Origin: an uncultured Alphaproteobacteria bacterium
GTDB lineage: Bacteria; Pseudomonadota; Alphaproteobacteria; Rhizobiales; Xanthobacteraceae
DNA length: 64,000 bases
NCBI GenBank assembly: GCA_963807865.1
Contig: CAWEDK010000039.1
Location: 168,043 to 232,042 of the forward strand
Direction: 5' to 3'
A model generated the notes under the pieces. That model was not told where the DNA came from, did not search any database, and saw only the letters and a list, made by a program, of their open reading frames with translations. Shown piece by piece: positions 61,867-64,000 of this stretch. The position numbers were made by a program, and so were the translations under genes. Numbering within the stretch: position 1 is the first letter of the stretch; each line of letters starts with the position of its first letter.

Positions 61867-61882
61867 TGGCATCGCCCTTGCT
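61867..61882 (+). promoter_or_regulatory. candidate sigma54 (-24/-12) promoter of the Liv-type ABC operon
   Basis: TGGCAT-CGCCC-TTGCT (consensus TGGCAC-N5-TTGCW), 50 nt upstream of ATG 61932. Confidence 0.5.
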
Positions 61883-61931
61883 ACGGTTTGCGCAGGCCTA
61901 ACGCTCAACCGTGCCCCCAAAAGGAGTTATT

Positions 61932-63206
61932 ATGCGCAAGTGCAGCCGCATTGTTGCGTGTCTGGTCGGCGCCGTCGCGATCCTGGCGTCTGCCGAGCTT
62001 GCGCGCGCGCAGCAGACGATCCGGATCGGCGTTCTGCTGCCGGTCACCGGACCGTTCGCCAAGAACGGCATCGAGAACTGGGAGGCGATGCAGATCGCCC
62101 GCGACATGATCAACGAACGCGGCGGCATCAACGGCCGCAAGGTCGAATATCTGCAGGGCGACGCCACCAGCCCCAACGCGGCGATCAGCGAAACCGAGCG
62201 GCTGATCACCAAGGACGGCATCAAGATCACCACCGGATCGTTCGCCTCGCCGCTCGCCATCGCGGTGAGCCAGGCCGCCGAGCGCCACGGCGTGTTCCAT
62301 TGGGAGACCACCGGCGCCGCCGAAATCATCACCCGGCGCGGCTTCAAGCACACGTTCCAGGTCGGCGCGCCGGCGCGCAAGTACAGCCAGGCGGCGGTCG
62401 ATTTCGTCATCGACGATCTGGCGAAGCGACTGAACAAGCCGGTCGGCGACATGCGTATCGCGCTGCTGTGGGAAAACCGCGCGTTCGGCAAGTCGGTCGG
62501 CGACGGCGTGCGCGCCTACGCCGAAAGCAAGAAGATCAAGCTGGTCTATGACGAAGGCTACGACCAGTTCGCCACCGACATGACGCCGATCGTGCAGAAG
62601 CTCAAGGACGTCAAGCCGGACGTGCTGATCGCGATCTCGTTCCCGAACGACGCCATCCTGTTCCAGCGCAAGGCCAAGGAGATCGACTTCAACGTCGGCG
62701 CCTTCATCGGGGTCAGCGCCGGCTATTCGTCGCCGGACCTGCGCAATTCGATCGGCGATGCGGTCGTCGGGCTGTTCGTCTCCGACTTCCCGCCGAAGGT
62801 GAACGCCAACGTGCTCAAGCCCGAGGTGCGCAAGGTCGCCGAGGAATTCACCAAGCGCTACGAAGACAAGATGAAGCGGCCGCCCGCGGGCCATGCCTCG
62901 GCCGGCTTCTCGGCGATCTGGGCGCTGTTCACCGAGGTGCTGCCCAAGGCCAAGACCTACGAGCCGGCCGAACTGCGCGAGATCGCGCTCAAGCTCGACC
63001 TGCCGGAAGGCTCGCTGGTCAACGGCAGCGGCATCAAGTTCACCAACTTCGACTGGCCGGAGGACCCCAAGGACGCCGGCCAGAACCTGCGCGCCGCGAT
63101 CGGCGTGTGGCAGTGGACCAAGGCCGGCAACGAGCAGGTGTTCCCGCCGTCGCTCGCCACCGCGCAGCCGGACATGGTGCCGCTGCCGCCATGGAACAAG
63201 CGCTGA
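61932..63206 (+). CDS. branched-chain amino acid (LivK/LivJ-type, PBP1) ABC transporter substrate-binding protein
   Basis: AAGGAG SD; signal MRKCSRIVACLVGAVAILASAELARA; IRIGVLLPVTGPFAKNGIENWEAMQIARDMINERGGINGRKVE. Confidence 0.88.
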   Translation: MRKCSRIVACLVGAVAILASAELARAQQTIRIGVLLPVTGPFAKNGIENWEAMQIARDMINERGGINGRKVEYLQGDATSPNAAISETERLITKDGIKITTGSFASPLAIAVSQAAERHGVFHWETTGAAEIITRRGFKHTFQVGAPARKYSQAAVDFVIDDLAKRLNKPVGDMRIALLWENRAFGKSVGDGVRAYAESKKIKLVYDEGYDQFATDMTPIVQKLKDVKPDVLIAISFPNDAILFQRKAKEIDFNVGAFIGVSAGYSSPDLRNSIGDAVVGLFVSDFPPKVNANVLKPEVRKVAEEFTKRYEDKMKRPPAGHASAGFSAIWALFTEVLPKAKTYEPAELREIALKLDLPEGSLVNGSGIKFTNFDWPEDPKDAGQNLRAAIGVWQWTKAGNEQVFPPSLATAQPDMVPLPPWNKR

Positions 63207-63258
63207 TCTGCCCTGACGGCTTGCGGGGGCGGTCGCTCTCCGCGGGCCCTTTCCGCGA

Positions 63259-64000
63259 ATGACCACCTTCGGCCAACTGGTTTTCTCCGGCATCCTCATC
63301 GGCGGCATCTACGCGCTGATGAGCATCGGGCTGACGCTGATTTTCGGCGTGCTGCGCGTGGTCAACTTCGCGCACGGCGAATTCCTGATGCTCGGCATGT
63401 ATGGCGCCTGGGCGGTTGTCGACGGTTGCTCGGGCTCAATCCCTACACCGCCGCCCTGATCGTCGTGCCGGCGATGGCGCTGTTCGGCGGGCTGGTGCAT
63501 CGCATCATCATCAGCCCGGCGCTCGACAAGCCGCATCTCGTGGTCGTGTTCGCCACCATGGGCCTGTCGATCTTCATGCAGAACGTCGCGCTGATGATGA
63601 TGACGGCCGATCTCTGGGACGTGCCGCCGGTGTTCGGCCGCTCCATCACGATCGGCCCGTTCTACTTCAAGGTCGAGCTGCTGCTCGGCTTCGCCATCAC
63701 CATCCTGTGCACTGTCGCGCTGCAGTGGATGATCCGCACCACCTATCTCGGCAAGGCGATCCGCGCCACCGTGCAGGATGGCGAGGCGGCGATGCTGATG
63801 GGCATTCCGGTGCCGCGCATCTTCCTGATCACCTTTGCCGGCGGCTCGGCGCTGGTCGGACTTGCCGCCTGCGTGATGATGCCGCTGTTCTCGGTGTTCC
63901 CGACCGTCGGGCTCAATTTCGTGCTGATCGCCTTCGTCATCGTCGTGCTGGGCGGCATGGGCAGCATCGAGGGCGCGCTCGCTCGGCGGCATCTGCATCG
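63259..64000 (+). CDS. livH: branched-chain amino acid ABC transporter permease (LivH-type), partial at the window end, apparent -1 frameshift near 63427
   Basis: [51 protein letters not shown]; after AVVDG the frame shifts (a T is missing from GGTTTG) to [22 protein letters not shown]...[13 protein letters not shown]. Confidence 0.85.

Overview
High-GC alphaproteobacterial chromosome. Gene content and order point to the Bradyrhizobium/Rhodopseudomonas/Nitrobacter lineage; this is inferred from synteny and protein sequences, not from a database search. The window reads as ordinary core genome. It holds rplM-rpsI, glnB-glnA, clpS-clpA, divK-pleD-rpmG, and rnr-topA-dprA-plsY-pyrC(like)-pyrB. 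Around these sit solute-binding proteins (three orphan Bug/TctC, a ModA-like, a family-3 and a LivK-like), small-molecule enzymes (crotonase, thioesterase, HIT, RidA, HAD, MaoC, dienelactone hydrolase, GST, cupin) and envelope proteins. I found no tRNA or rRNA genes, CRISPR arrays, IS elements, integrases, prophage genes or recognisable defence or toxin-antitoxin modules. I cannot point to a convincing novel multi-gene system. Four things are worth a second look. (1) About 20 reading-frame breaks, almost all behaving as single-base insertions, interrupt otherwise perfectly conserved genes, including essential ones (topA x3, clpA, glnA, rnr), and they cluster in three sub-regions. This most likely reflects assembly or sequencing indels rather than biology, but it must be resolved before any pseudogene call. 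(2) A well-defined promoter-to-terminator structured small RNA candidate with a CCUCCUC apical motif lies in the pleD-rpmG gap. (3) Two good sigma54 (-24/-12) promoter candidates lie upstream of glnB and of a Liv-type ABC operon, each with upstream repeat clusters. (4) Several degenerate or unusual proteins are present: a copper-site-less multicopper-oxidase-like Tat substrate, a pyrB-coupled dihydroorotase lacking the HxH metal site, an acid-ceramidase/NAAA-like Ntn hydrolase, and a PG-binding WD40 propeller protein divergent from an unknown secreted protein. All coordinates for frameshifts are manual estimates (about +/-10 nt). No alignments, folds or searches were run.
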